Shown: positions 47,245-56,147 of the stretch, piece after piece
How the letters are laid out: the number at the start of each line of letters is the position of its first letter
Position numbering within the stretch: position 1 is the stretch's first letter
Assembly: GCA_949286015.1 (NCBI GenBank)
Contig: CASEBB010000002.1
Span: forward strand, 9,981-73,980
DNA: 64,000 nt
Direction of reading: 5' to 3'
Origin: an uncultured Succinivibrionaceae bacterium
Lineage (GTDB): Bacteria; Pseudomonadota; Gammaproteobacteria; Enterobacterales; Succinivibrionaceae
Translations under genes and position numbers: made by a program
Notes under the pieces: model-generated
Database searches by the model: none
Told to the model about the DNA's origin: nothing
The model's input: only the letters and a program-made list of their open reading frames with translations

Positions 47245-47275
47245 GTACGGAGTACGGGGTACGGGGTACGGGGTA
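47245..47275. repeat. Heptanucleotide tandem repeat (GTACGGR)4 + GTA
   Basis: Read directly: gtacgga gtacggg gtacggg gtacggg gta, 82-112 nt upstream of the rodZ start. Confidence 0.9.
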
Positions 47276-47515
47276 AAGGCTGCCTTTGTTCTTACGGCCA
47301 TACACTAAGCAGAGCTCAAGTGTCTTACCTCTAGTGTACTCTGGCCTCAGCGCAGCGGCTCTGCCGCCTCAATTTTGGGCTTTAGTGAACAACACCATAA
47401 GCTCTCTCCCAAGCCCTTGAGATGACCACTCTGCTCACGCCCTGTTGTGGCCAGCAGTCACTTGCAGATGGCGAGGATCCCCTCAACCTGCCTTTGCGCC
47501 ACGCGGCACGGCTCA

Positions 47516-48676
47516 CTACACCTGAAGGTGCGCAAGGCCCTGCGCCGCGAGCGCCGCAGTCTCCTCAACATGAGCATGGTCTGCACTTGCTGCAGCCGTC
47601 TGCGTCGCTTTGCGGTCTTTGACCTGACCTGCCAGCTGACCACAGGCGGCGGCGATATCGTCACCACGCGTGGTGCGCGTGACTACGGTAAAGCCGTATT
47701 GCTCGACCAGTACCTTGTAAAAGCGATCCACGCGGCTGTTGCTTGGACGCTTAAACTCAGATTCCTCATGAGGGTTGAAAGGAATGAGGTTAATCTTGCA
47801 CGGCAAGTCCTTTAAGCGGTGCGCCAGCTCATGCGCCTGATCGGTGCTGTCATTGACGTGATCTAAGAGCACGTACTCAATGGTGACACGGCCGCAATTG
47901 GCATTGGAGTTATCCACGTAATTGCGTACCGCCGCTAAGACGTCCTGTAAAGGGAACTTTTTGTTAATAGGCACCAGCTCATTGCGCAGCTCGTCATTAG
48001 GAGCATGCAGCGATAACGCTAAGGCCACATCAACCTTACCGGCGATCTTGTTAATGGCAGGCACAATACCGGAGGTGGAAATCGTGACACGGCGCTTAGA
48101 CAAGGCAAAAGCGTTGTCCGAGAGCAGAATCTTCACCACCGAGAGGACGTTAGCCACATTAAGGAGAGGCTCGCCCATGCCCATCATCACCACATTGGAG
48201 ATAGGCTTTTGCTCTTGGTTTTGACTAAAACCGACACGGGTGGCAGCACGCCAGACCTGACCGATGATCTCCGAGACCTTTAAGTTACGGTTAAAGCCCG
48301 ACTTGCCGGTACGGCAGAAGGCGCACTTCACTGGGCAGCCCACTTGGGTGGAAATGCACAGCGTCGCCCGATCCTTTTCAGGGATGTAGACCGTTTCCAC
48401 TAATTGGCCATCACCGATGTCCATAGCCCACTTAATGGTGCCATCAGCGGAGCGCTGCTCAGAGACAATCTCGGGTGCCTGAATGCAGGCTATTTGTGCC
48501 AGCTGGGCACGGGTCTCCTTTTTGATATTGGTCATGGCCTCAAAGTCAGCCACGCCCCATTGGTAGATCCACTTCAGGACTTGCGTAGCACGGAATGGCT
48601 TTTCACCATGCTCCAGCATGAAATCCTTTAAGGCATCCGGATCTAAATCCATTAAATTGACGAGACCAGCAGTCAT
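47516..48676 (-). CDS. rlmN: Dual-specificity RNA methyltransferase RlmN (radical SAM)
   Basis: Start at [12 protein letters not shown] (386 aa). [13 protein letters not shown]. Radical-SAM cluster motif [12 protein letters not shown]. Conserved synteny. Confidence 0.95.
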   Translation of the reverse strand: MTAGLVNLMDLDPDALKDFMLEHGEKPFRATQVLKWIYQWGVADFEAMTNIKKETRAQLAQIACIQAPEIVSEQRSADGTIKWAMDIGDGQLVETVYIPEKDRATLCISTQVGCPVKCAFCRTGKSGFNRNLKVSEIIGQVWRAATRVGFSQNQEQKPISNVVMMGMGEPLLNVANVLSVVKILLSDNAFALSKRRVTISTSGIVPAINKIAGKVDVALALSLHAPNDELRNELVPINKKFPLQDVLAAVRNYVDNSNANCGRVTIEYVLLDHVNDSTDQAHELAHRLKDLPCKINLIPFNPHEESEFKRPSNSRVDRFYKVLVEQYGFTVVTRTTRGDDIAAACGQLAGQVKDRKATQTAAASADHAHVEETAALAAQGLAHLQV

Positions 48677-49035
48677 CACCACCCCTTGCTGCAAAGCAGG
48701 TTTTGCCTGCACTGCAACCAGTAAAAACCGAAGCGACCAGCAAGCACGGCTGTTAGCTGTTAAGAGAAGTACCCACATAGGCACTTACCTCTGGCACCAC
48801 GCCGCAGGCGCTCAAAAAACAGTAGATTATAGCTGAAAAAGCGCTGTGCTCATAACGCCTCATTGCTGCTAGATAGTGCTACTTTAAGACGGGAATGCGC
48901 CGCAAGGCCTCTCTTGATCAAGACCACAGCAGACAAGCTAACGCTGGCTGGCAGGCGAGGTTACAGTCTACAGTCTGGGCGCTAAGTCAGAGCAAACGTT
49001 CCCTCTGGGAGCACCATCTGTCCACAATATGACAA

Positions 49036-49123
49036 CTTAAGAGCGGCTTCAGCGCGGCCTAAGCGCAGCCGCAGCGCGGCTTAAGAGCAGCTTCAGAACT
49101 GCTTAAGCGCGGCTTAAATGCAG
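49036..49123. repeat. Degenerate ~10-11-nt tandem repeats (GCGGCTTAAG / GCAGCTTCAG type)
   Basis: Read directly. Low complexity. Not CRISPR-like. Confidence 0.6.
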
Positions 49124-49495
49124 CATTCTCCTCCTAGTGGGCATGACTTATGGTATGGATACATACTCCATAAAGAGCACCGTCATTGGGCAGAGCGCGG
49201 CGCCCTCAAGATCGTTGCTTTTCTTTCTCTCCTTGCGCTGCTTACGGCTTTACCACTACACTGCCCCAGCACACAAGCGCTATGCACTTTTGGTAACGTC
49301 CTTTGCATGGCCATGAGTGTTAAGATGAGATGCTTTGTATTGGAGAGGGACATACGCGCTTGCTAGCCTAGTGAGAGAAAGGCGGGCACTTGCAGTTGAG
49401 TCCTCACCGCGAAATTTTAAGGAGCGGGCGCTCTTTGGCCTGCATAAGCAGGGCGTGCTTAAGCAGACCAAAGTCAGAGTGGCCGGTAGTTTGAG

Positions 49496-51103
49496 ATGTC
49501 TTTTCTGAAAAATATCCCGATCGCCAAAAAGTTTTTTGCCACCTATGCCATCGTAACGGTGCTCTTAGGTATCGTGATGCTCTATGCGGTGTCATCCCTG
49601 TACAGCTCAGCAAAGCTTGCAGGTGAGCTCAACGCTACAGTTGAGCCTCAGTACGTCAATCCAGCGATCCTCAATGATGAGGTCGTAAACTTTGGCCGCG
49701 CCATTAACTTTGCGGCGCAAAGTGAAACGCCAGCCGAAGTCGATTTTCAGAATCTCGATCAGCGCGTGCAGCGTATCAACAACCTCTTAGGCAAGATCTC
49801 CTCAAATCGCGCCCCTGAGCTGGTTACCCAGCTCCAAGGGCAAGTACAGCAGCTGCTGAGCATCTTTAACAATGAGATTAGACCACGTCTGCAAAGTGGG
49901 CAGATGCGCGAGGCCTTTGTCATTTACCGCAGCACCTACTCGCCAAACTCTGCCAAGATCTCCTCTTTGTGCACCAACTTTCTGATTAATGAGCTGCGCC
50001 AGCTCAACAGCCAAAGCAACCGCATGTCAAATATGACACCGGTGTATATCTGTGTTGCTTGCGGCTTGGGTGTGATTGTGCTGCTCATTGTCTTTGCTGT
50101 GTACACCAGCAAGGATGTGGGTGGTGAGTTGCGTAGTCTGATGCGCAAAGCCGAAGAAATTGCCCGCTTAGACCTGAGCAAGCCACTTAACTCACAGCGT
50201 AAGGATGAGTTTGGTGCGTTAGAGCAGAGCATTGAGACCATGCGCGCCAGCATGGCGGAAAAGCTGAAGTTTATCCAACAAAGCACCGAACAAGTCACGG
50301 ATAACTCCCGCACTATTCACAGCCTCATCAATAACACTAAGGGCAGCGCCTCGCAGGCAGAAAACAACTCCATTACGGTGGCGGCGGCTTCCGATGAGAT
50401 GGTGTCCACTACTGCTGATATCGCCCGCAATTGCGAGAGTGCCGCCAGCTCCTCCAACTCAACCAAGGAAATCACCACACAGGGCATGGCTGATCTGCGT
50501 AATGCCGTGAACAGCATTTATGCGCAGTCCGAGAGCACCAAGCGTGATGCGGAGCTGGTACGCAGCTTAGCGGGGCAAAGCCAAAACATTGGCTCGATTG
50601 TCAAAACGATTGACGATATCGCTGACCAGACCAACCTCCTTGCCTTAAATGCTTCGATTGAGGCCGCCCGCGCTGGCGATGCCGGTCGTGGCTTTGCGGT
50701 GGTGGCAGATGAGGTACGTGAGCTTGCCAGCAGCACGACCAAGTCCACCAAGGAAATTGCGGACATGGTGACGCAAATCCAAAAGGAAGCGGAGAATGCG
50801 GCCACCTCTATGAATGCCTCGGTGGATTCTATGGATCAGCTGGCCAATTTAGCTAAGACCTTAGAGACGACCTTAGAGACGGTGGTGCAGCACGTCAATG
50901 AGGTGAATGCGCAGATTACGCAGATTGCGACGGCTGCTGAGCAGCAAACGACTGCTACAGGTGAGATCTCGCAGAACATGCAGAGCGTAACGGAGCTGTT
51001 ACGTGATGTGGCGGCGGACACCGAGACGGTGACCAACAATGTGGAGTCGACGCTCAACTTGGTAAGCTCGCTGCAAGCGCAGGTCGCGCAGTTTAAGCTC
51101 TAA
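49496..51103 (+). CDS. Methyl-accepting chemotaxis protein
   Basis: 535 aa. Two TM segments, a HAMP domain, and the conserved signalling hairpin [35 protein letters not shown]. Confidence 0.95.
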   Translation: MSFLKNIPIAKKFFATYAIVTVLLGIVMLYAVSSLYSSAKLAGELNATVEPQYVNPAILNDEVVNFGRAINFAAQSETPAEVDFQNLDQRVQRINNLLGKISSNRAPELVTQLQGQVQQLLSIFNNEIRPRLQSGQMREAFVIYRSTYSPNSAKISSLCTNFLINELRQLNSQSNRMSNMTPVYICVACGLGVIVLLIVFAVYTSKDVGGELRSLMRKAEEIARLDLSKPLNSQRKDEFGALEQSIETMRASMAEKLKFIQQSTEQVTDNSRTIHSLINNTKGSASQAENNSITVAAASDEMVSTTADIARNCESAASSSNSTKEITTQGMADLRNAVNSIYAQSESTKRDAELVRSLAGQSQNIGSIVKTIDDIADQTNLLALNASIEAARAGDAGRGFAVVADEVRELASSTTKSTKEIADMVTQIQKEAENAATSMNASVDSMDQLANLAKTLETTLETVVQHVNEVNAQITQIATAAEQQTTATGEISQNMQSVTELLRDVAADTETVTNNVESTLNLVSSLQAQVAQFKL

Positions 51104-51153
51104 CACGCTCTTTGCGGCTTTATGATCAGATCAGGAGCCGCAAGTTGCCTAAA

Positions 51154-51190
51154 GCGGTAGCACCCATTGATTGGTGGCTGCCGCTTTTTA
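51154..51190 (+). terminator. Rho-independent terminator after the MCP gene
   Basis: GCGGTAGCACCC-ATTGATT-GGTGGCTGCCGC followed by TTTTTACTTTT. Confidence 0.7.
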
Positions 51191-51547
51191 CTTTTGGGGA
51201 TGCCCCTACCACCATATGGCCTCTGGCCTTATCTGCTCTGCCCGTATCTGGAGTGCAGTAATGCTTTGGCGCATCGTATACGGTCAGTAACAGCCTATCC
51301 TGAGGGCACAGCGCTCAGCTCCTTTTCTCCCTCAAGATAACGCGCCGCATGCTGCTTACTGCTTACTACAGCCGAGTCACCCCCAAGGCACCACCTAACA
51401 GCTACCTGATGCCAATGGCTGCCCCCTATTCAGCGTCGCTACTGCAACGTCCCTCTAAGGTAGGTTAGTGGCCAGTAGCTTTGCTCACCATAGGGAAAAC
51501 GCCCCCTACCCACCTCTTCCTCTTCCGCTCTTTTCACATTCCCCCAT

Positions 51548-51561
51548 TTCTAACACAACAC
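51548..51561 (+). promoter_or_regulatory. Conserved 14-nt leader motif TTCTAACACAACAC (site 1)
   Basis: An identical 14-mer occurs at 62320 and 63642, and a 12/12 core at 55780. This site lies 14 nt before the SDR start codon. Confidence 0.35.
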
Positions 51562-51575
51562 CTCAGGAGTTAACC

Positions 51576-52307
51576 ATGGACAAGGGCACAGTAATCGTCA
51601 CTGGCGCCAACTCCGGCATTGGCCTCGCCTGCGTAAATGAGCTCGTTAGCGCAGGTTATGATGTCGTTGCTCTCGTGCACACCCCACGTCCCGAAGTCAG
51701 TGCGCACTTTGCCGCCCTCAATGCCGCGCGTCATAACGCCATTACCGAGTTTAGCTGTGATCTCACTGACTACCCAGCAGTAAAGGACATCGTGACTAAG
51801 CTGCGCCACCTGCCCTTAGTCGGCTTAGTCAACAACGCGGGTATCCTCCCTCAAGACAAGCTCTTTGTCATGACGTCCATTGCTGACTTTGAGCACTGCT
51901 TTAAAGTCAACTGCCTCAGTGCCATCAATCTGACCCAGTTAGTAGTACGCCTCATGATGCGTGATCCCGACAAAAAGCCCAAGAGCATTGTCATGGTCTC
52001 CTCTATCAATGCTTTAGATGGCTATGGGCCGGTGGAGTATGCAGTGAGCAAAGGCGCCTTAATCTCTCTGACCACTAAGTTAGCCCGCGAGCTGCAAAGC
52101 GCTAATATCCGCGTCAATAGCGTCTGTCCTGGGCTGACTGCGACCCCATTCAATCCTGAAATCCCTGCAGAGATGGAAAAGCTGATGCAAAGCCGCTCCA
52201 TTTCCCACGCCTATCTCACAGCGGAGCAAGTTGCGAGCACCATTGTCTATCTGCTCACCCCCGCCTCCTCTGGCATCAATGGCCAATGCCTGCAAGTGCG
52301 TAACTGA
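51576..52307 (+). CDS. Short-chain dehydrogenase/reductase (classical SDR)
   Basis: Start at MDKGTVIVTGANSGIGLA (AGGAG upstream). Catalytic YAVSKGAL. 243 aa. Confidence 0.9.
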   Translation: MDKGTVIVTGANSGIGLACVNELVSAGYDVVALVHTPRPEVSAHFAALNAARHNAITEFSCDLTDYPAVKDIVTKLRHLPLVGLVNNAGILPQDKLFVMTSIADFEHCFKVNCLSAINLTQLVVRLMMRDPDKKPKSIVMVSSINALDGYGPVEYAVSKGALISLTTKLARELQSANIRVNSVCPGLTATPFNPEIPAEMEKLMQSRSISHAYLTAEQVASTIVYLLTPASSGINGQCLQVRN

Positions 52308-52324
52308 GCGTAGCTTACCGCCAA

Positions 52325-52384
52325 CAAAAAACCCAGAGCCCACTGTGCAGCTTGTGCTACGCAGCAAACTCTGGGTTTTGTTTT
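52325..52384. terminator. Bidirectional terminator-like structure
   Basis: AAAAAACCCAGAG...CTCTGGGTTTTGTTTT lies between the convergent SDR and glgP genes. Confidence 0.65.
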
Positions 52385-52448
52385 ACCTGCCGTCACCCAC
52401 ACCGTGCATGACAGCAGGCAATCAAGACGCTACACGTCTGTACTGTGC

Positions 52449-55067
52449 TTAGTCTTGAGAGACGTCAAAGCTCTTTAACGACCAGATGTTGTGGACGTAG
52501 TCCTCAATCGAACGGTCGGACGAGAACTTGCCCATCGAAGCCGAGTTGATGATCGCAGCGCGGGCCCAGCGCTCCTTGTCCTTGTACATCGCCTCAACAC
52601 GCTTGTGCGCATCGCAGTACGAGGCAAAGTCAGCTAAGACTAAGAATGGATCACCCTTCTCAAGAAGCGACTGCTTGATAGAAGAGAGAGCACCTGGCTG
52701 ACCTGGGGTGAAGTAGTCAGAATCCAGCCAATCTAAGACGGCCTTGAGATCCTCATTGGCATTGTAGTAATCCCATGGGTTGTAGCCACGAGACTTCAGC
52801 TGCTGCACTTCCTCAACCGACAGACCGAAGATGAAGTTGTTCTCCTCACCAGCTTCGGCCACGATCTCGATATTGGCACCGTCCATGGTACCTAAGGTTA
52901 AGGCACCATTCATCGAGAACTTCATGTTGGAAGTACCAGAAGCCTCGTAACCGGCAGTAGAGATCTGCTCCGAGATATCAGCAGCTGGGATGATCTTCTC
53001 AGCTAAGCTGACGCGGTAGTTAGGGATGAACACCACCTTGATCTGGTTACGGATACGGTGATCGTTGTTGATGCGATCAGCCACCTTATTGATGGCGTAA
53101 ATGATGTCCTTGGCCAGAGTGTAAGCAGGAGCAGCCTTAGCGCCAAAGATAAAGACCTGAGGCACAATGCTCTTGGTTGGGTCAGCTAATAACTCACGGT
53201 ACAGGTGGAGGATGTACAGTAAGTTGAGGTGCTGACGCTTGTACTCGTGTAAGCGCTTCACCTGTACGTCGAAGATGGCATGAGGATCGACGTCCACACC
53301 GCACAGCTTCTTAATCTCAGCGGCTAAGGCCACCTTGTTCTGGAACTTGACGTCCATGAAGCGCTTCTGGAAGTCAGGCTTGTCAGCGTAAGGACGCATT
53401 AAAGCGCAGGACTCCAGATGTAATGGCCAATCCTTACCCGAGACCTCATTGTAGAGCTCAGCTAAGCCTGGGTTGCAAGCGAGCATCCAACGACGTGGGG
53501 TCACACCATTGGTCACGTTGCAGAAGCGATCAGGCCAAATAGCAGCGAACTCAGGGAAGAGTTGCTCACGCACTAACTTCGAGTGAATCTCGGCCACACC
53601 GTTAACGCGGTGCGAAGCGATCACGCTTAAGTAAGCCATACGCACCATGCGGCATGGGCCCTCTTCAATGATGGAGAGCTTAGCGCGCATGTTGTTGTCG
53701 TTTGGCCACATGTGAGCAACTTCGCCGTCTAAGAAGCGCTCATTGATCTCGTAGATGATCTCTAAGTGACGTGGCAGCAGGCGCTCAAAGAGGTAGACAG
53801 GCCACTTCTCTAAAGCCTCTGGCAGTAAGGTGTGGTTGGTATAGGCAAAGACCGAGGTCACGATCTTCCATGCGCTATTCCAATTTAAGCCTTCCTCGTC
53901 TAATAAGAGACGCATTAACTCAGCAACAGCGATAGCTGGGTGCGTATCGTTCAGCTGAATGGCGATCTTGGAGGCAAACTGCGAGTAATCGCGGTGGTGC
54001 GCACGGTTGTAACGGCGCAGGATGTCGCGTAACGAGCAAGCACAGAAGAAGTACTGCTGGGTTAAGCGCAGCATCTTACCGGCTTCAGTGGAGTCGTTAG
54101 GGTAGAGAACCTTAGAAATGGTCTCAGCGGCAGCCTTTTCCTCTTGGGCGTCCACATAGCCACCGGCATTGAACACGTCCCAGTTGAACTGCTCAGTAGC
54201 ACGGGATTCCCACAGACGCAGCACGGTCACCGACGAACCACGGAAACCGACGACTGGGATGTCCCAAGGCACACCCTTAATCATGTGAGCAGGGTGCCAC
54301 ACCTTGTGGATAGCGCCATCAGGAGCAGTTTGCACCTCAACATAACCGCCGATAGGCACGTTCTGCACGGACTCAGGACGGCACACTTCCCATGGGCAGC
54401 CGTACTCACGCCACGAATCAGGACGCTCCACCTGACGACCACCACGGATCTCCTGACGGAACAGACCGTTCTCGTAGTGGATACCGTAGCCGATGGATGG
54501 GTACTTTAAGGTGGCTAAGGAATCGAGGTAGCAGGCAGCTAAACGGCCTAAACCACCGTTACCTAAAGCCATGTCTGGCTCTTCGTCGCACAGCTGGTTG
54601 ATATCAATACCTAAAGAAGCTAAGGCTTGCTTGCAGGTATTGTAGATCTCGAGGTTGCACAGGTTGTTAACCGTGAGGCGGCCCATTAAGAACTCGGCCG
54701 ACAGATAGTTAACGGCACGGGTGTCATTAGTCGCATGGGTCAGCTGGGTTTGGGTTAAGCGCTCAAAGACCAGCTCATTGACGGCATACACCACAGCCTG
54801 CCACCAAGCGAGGTTGGAAGCCTTCTTCTCAGAAGTACCAATGGTGCGGCGCAGGTGGTTGATGATGCAGTGCTTGAACTGCTCCACCGTAGGCTTAAAC
54901 AGATTACCCTCAGCCTCAACTGGGCAGTTAGTAGCAGCAGCTAAGGTATTCTCAGTTGCAGCTGCAGTAGTCACAGGGGTCTGCACCTCCTCAACTACGC
55001 TCTTGCTTTCTTGAGCAACACTCTTTGCAGCGGCACCCTTTGGGCTATGCTTACTGCCTTTGGACAT
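52449..55067 (-). CDS. glgP: Glycogen/maltodextrin phosphorylase
   Basis: ~872 aa from the ATG at 55067 (GGGAGA upstream). PLP-lysine motif EASGTSNMKFSMNGALTLGTMDGANIEI. Confidence 0.95.
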   Translation of the reverse strand: MSKGSKHSPKGAAAKSVAQESKSVVEEVQTPVTTAAATENTLAAATNCPVEAEGNLFKPTVEQFKHCIINHLRRTIGTSEKKASNLAWWQAVVYAVNELVFERLTQTQLTHATNDTRAVNYLSAEFLMGRLTVNNLCNLEIYNTCKQALASLGIDINQLCDEEPDMALGNGGLGRLAACYLDSLATLKYPSIGYGIHYENGLFRQEIRGGRQVERPDSWREYGCPWEVCRPESVQNVPIGGYVEVQTAPDGAIHKVWHPAHMIKGVPWDIPVVGFRGSSVTVLRLWESRATEQFNWDVFNAGGYVDAQEEKAAAETISKVLYPNDSTEAGKMLRLTQQYFFCACSLRDILRRYNRAHHRDYSQFASKIAIQLNDTHPAIAVAELMRLLLDEEGLNWNSAWKIVTSVFAYTNHTLLPEALEKWPVYLFERLLPRHLEIIYEINERFLDGEVAHMWPNDNNMRAKLSIIEEGPCRMVRMAYLSVIASHRVNGVAEIHSKLVREQLFPEFAAIWPDRFCNVTNGVTPRRWMLACNPGLAELYNEVSGKDWPLHLESCALMRPYADKPDFQKRFMDVKFQNKVALAAEIKKLCGVDVDPHAIFDVQVKRLHEYKRQHLNLLYILHLYRELLADPTKSIVPQVFIFGAKAAPAYTLAKDIIYAINKVADRINNDHRIRNQIKVVFIPNYRVSLAEKIIPAADISEQISTAGYEASGTSNMKFSMNGALTLGTMDGANIEIVAEAGEENNFIFGLSVEEVQQLKSRGYNPWDYYNANEDLKAVLDWLDSDYFTPGQPGALSSIKQSLLEKGDPFLVLADFASYCDAHKRVEAMYKDKERWARAAIINSASMGKFSSDRSIEDYVHNIWSLKSFDVSQD

Positions 55068-55779
55068 GTAAATCTCCCGAAATTTTGGCACTGGTAAAAG
55101 CCAAGATACGGCAACACTGCCGCCAAAAGGAGGCTCTTACCAGCACCGATTTCTACTGCTAGAAAAAGCGACCGCTTGCCACCACGCACGGGACAGGCGC
55201 CACGCCAAGCTCTTACTGAAGCTTAGTGCATACGAACCGCAATAAGTCGACTGCTCAGTCCTACCTCGGCTAAAGCCGCAGGGCAAAACCTTGTAAGTCT
55301 GAGGAGAGATGACCACCTCTGCCTTTTACTAGAGCTTGCATCTCACCTCATGAGCTTAGGGCTCAAACATAGCAGTGGACTTATCTCTCGCCGCAATTAC
55401 GCATAGCACTACGCCACCGAAGCAAGAAATGCTGCGTCTGTAGACTGCACCTTGAGCACGTGTTGCGAGCAACTATTCAAGGCCCTACAACGCAAAAACC
55501 CTCTTTCCCGCTAACACTAAAATGCAGGAGAAAGCGGCGCACTTGACGCAACGCAAAAGCATCCCTACGACACTCAAACGAGCACCTAGCGATAAGCGTA
55601 ACGTTTGCTCTTTCTGTAGCGTTATGGTGTCTCCATTTGCTAAGCAGTACCGTGCTTCAAACCACACCCCCGCAAGGCGGTGCCAGCGTCGTTTAATCAC
55701 GGCCAATTTGCCAGCATAATAAGTCTACACATAGCAAGAATATACGCATCAGCAAAATGAGTTGACACTTAGTTTGGCA

Positions 55780-55791
55780 TTCTAACACAAC
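55780..55791 (+). promoter_or_regulatory. Leader motif core TTCTAACACAAC (orphan site)
   Basis: Preceded by TTGACA (55762-55767). No ORF follows closely. Confidence 0.2.
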
Positions 55792-56147
55792 GGCATCATA
55801 AAAGAGCTGCCTGTGACCATACCACGTGTGAAAAAGGCCAAAATAAGGGATTTTTCGGCCCAAGTTACGGCCGATGCACCTTAAGATAGCTGTCATACAA
55901 CAGGGTGTGGTGCACGTGCTGACCACGTGGTGCACACCGTGCGAAATTGGTTAGCTTACGCTAACTAAACACAGGTATAGTCTATTTGAAAGTGGTGTGA
56001 ACGGGGCGTGCTGGCGCTGTGTCGCAATGAAGGTTATAGCACTCTGCTTCTTTTAGGATGGCCCGCTAATAGCTTATGCTGCAGAATGAACGCTGCGTGA
56101 CGCAGCTACGCCACGCCGCTTTGCTTTTCTAAACACAGCAACACACC

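Noticed and set aside
48677-48784. N-terminal extensions offered by the ORF track (rlmN 48677-48784; also purL 15781-15789, der 38989-39003, kinase 10922-11098, SDR 51468-51575, epimerase-like 16343-16402, glgP 55068-55091, fliS 29505-29537)
   Set aside because: In each case an internal ATG aligns with the conserved protein N-terminus and/or has a better Shine-Dalgarno sequence. The extensions are hydrophobic or Cys/Trp-rich and unconserved-looking.
49036-49123. Possible short-repeat array (GCGGCTTAAG-like units)
   Set aside because: The units are degenerate and contiguous without spacers. This is low-complexity sequence, not CRISPR.
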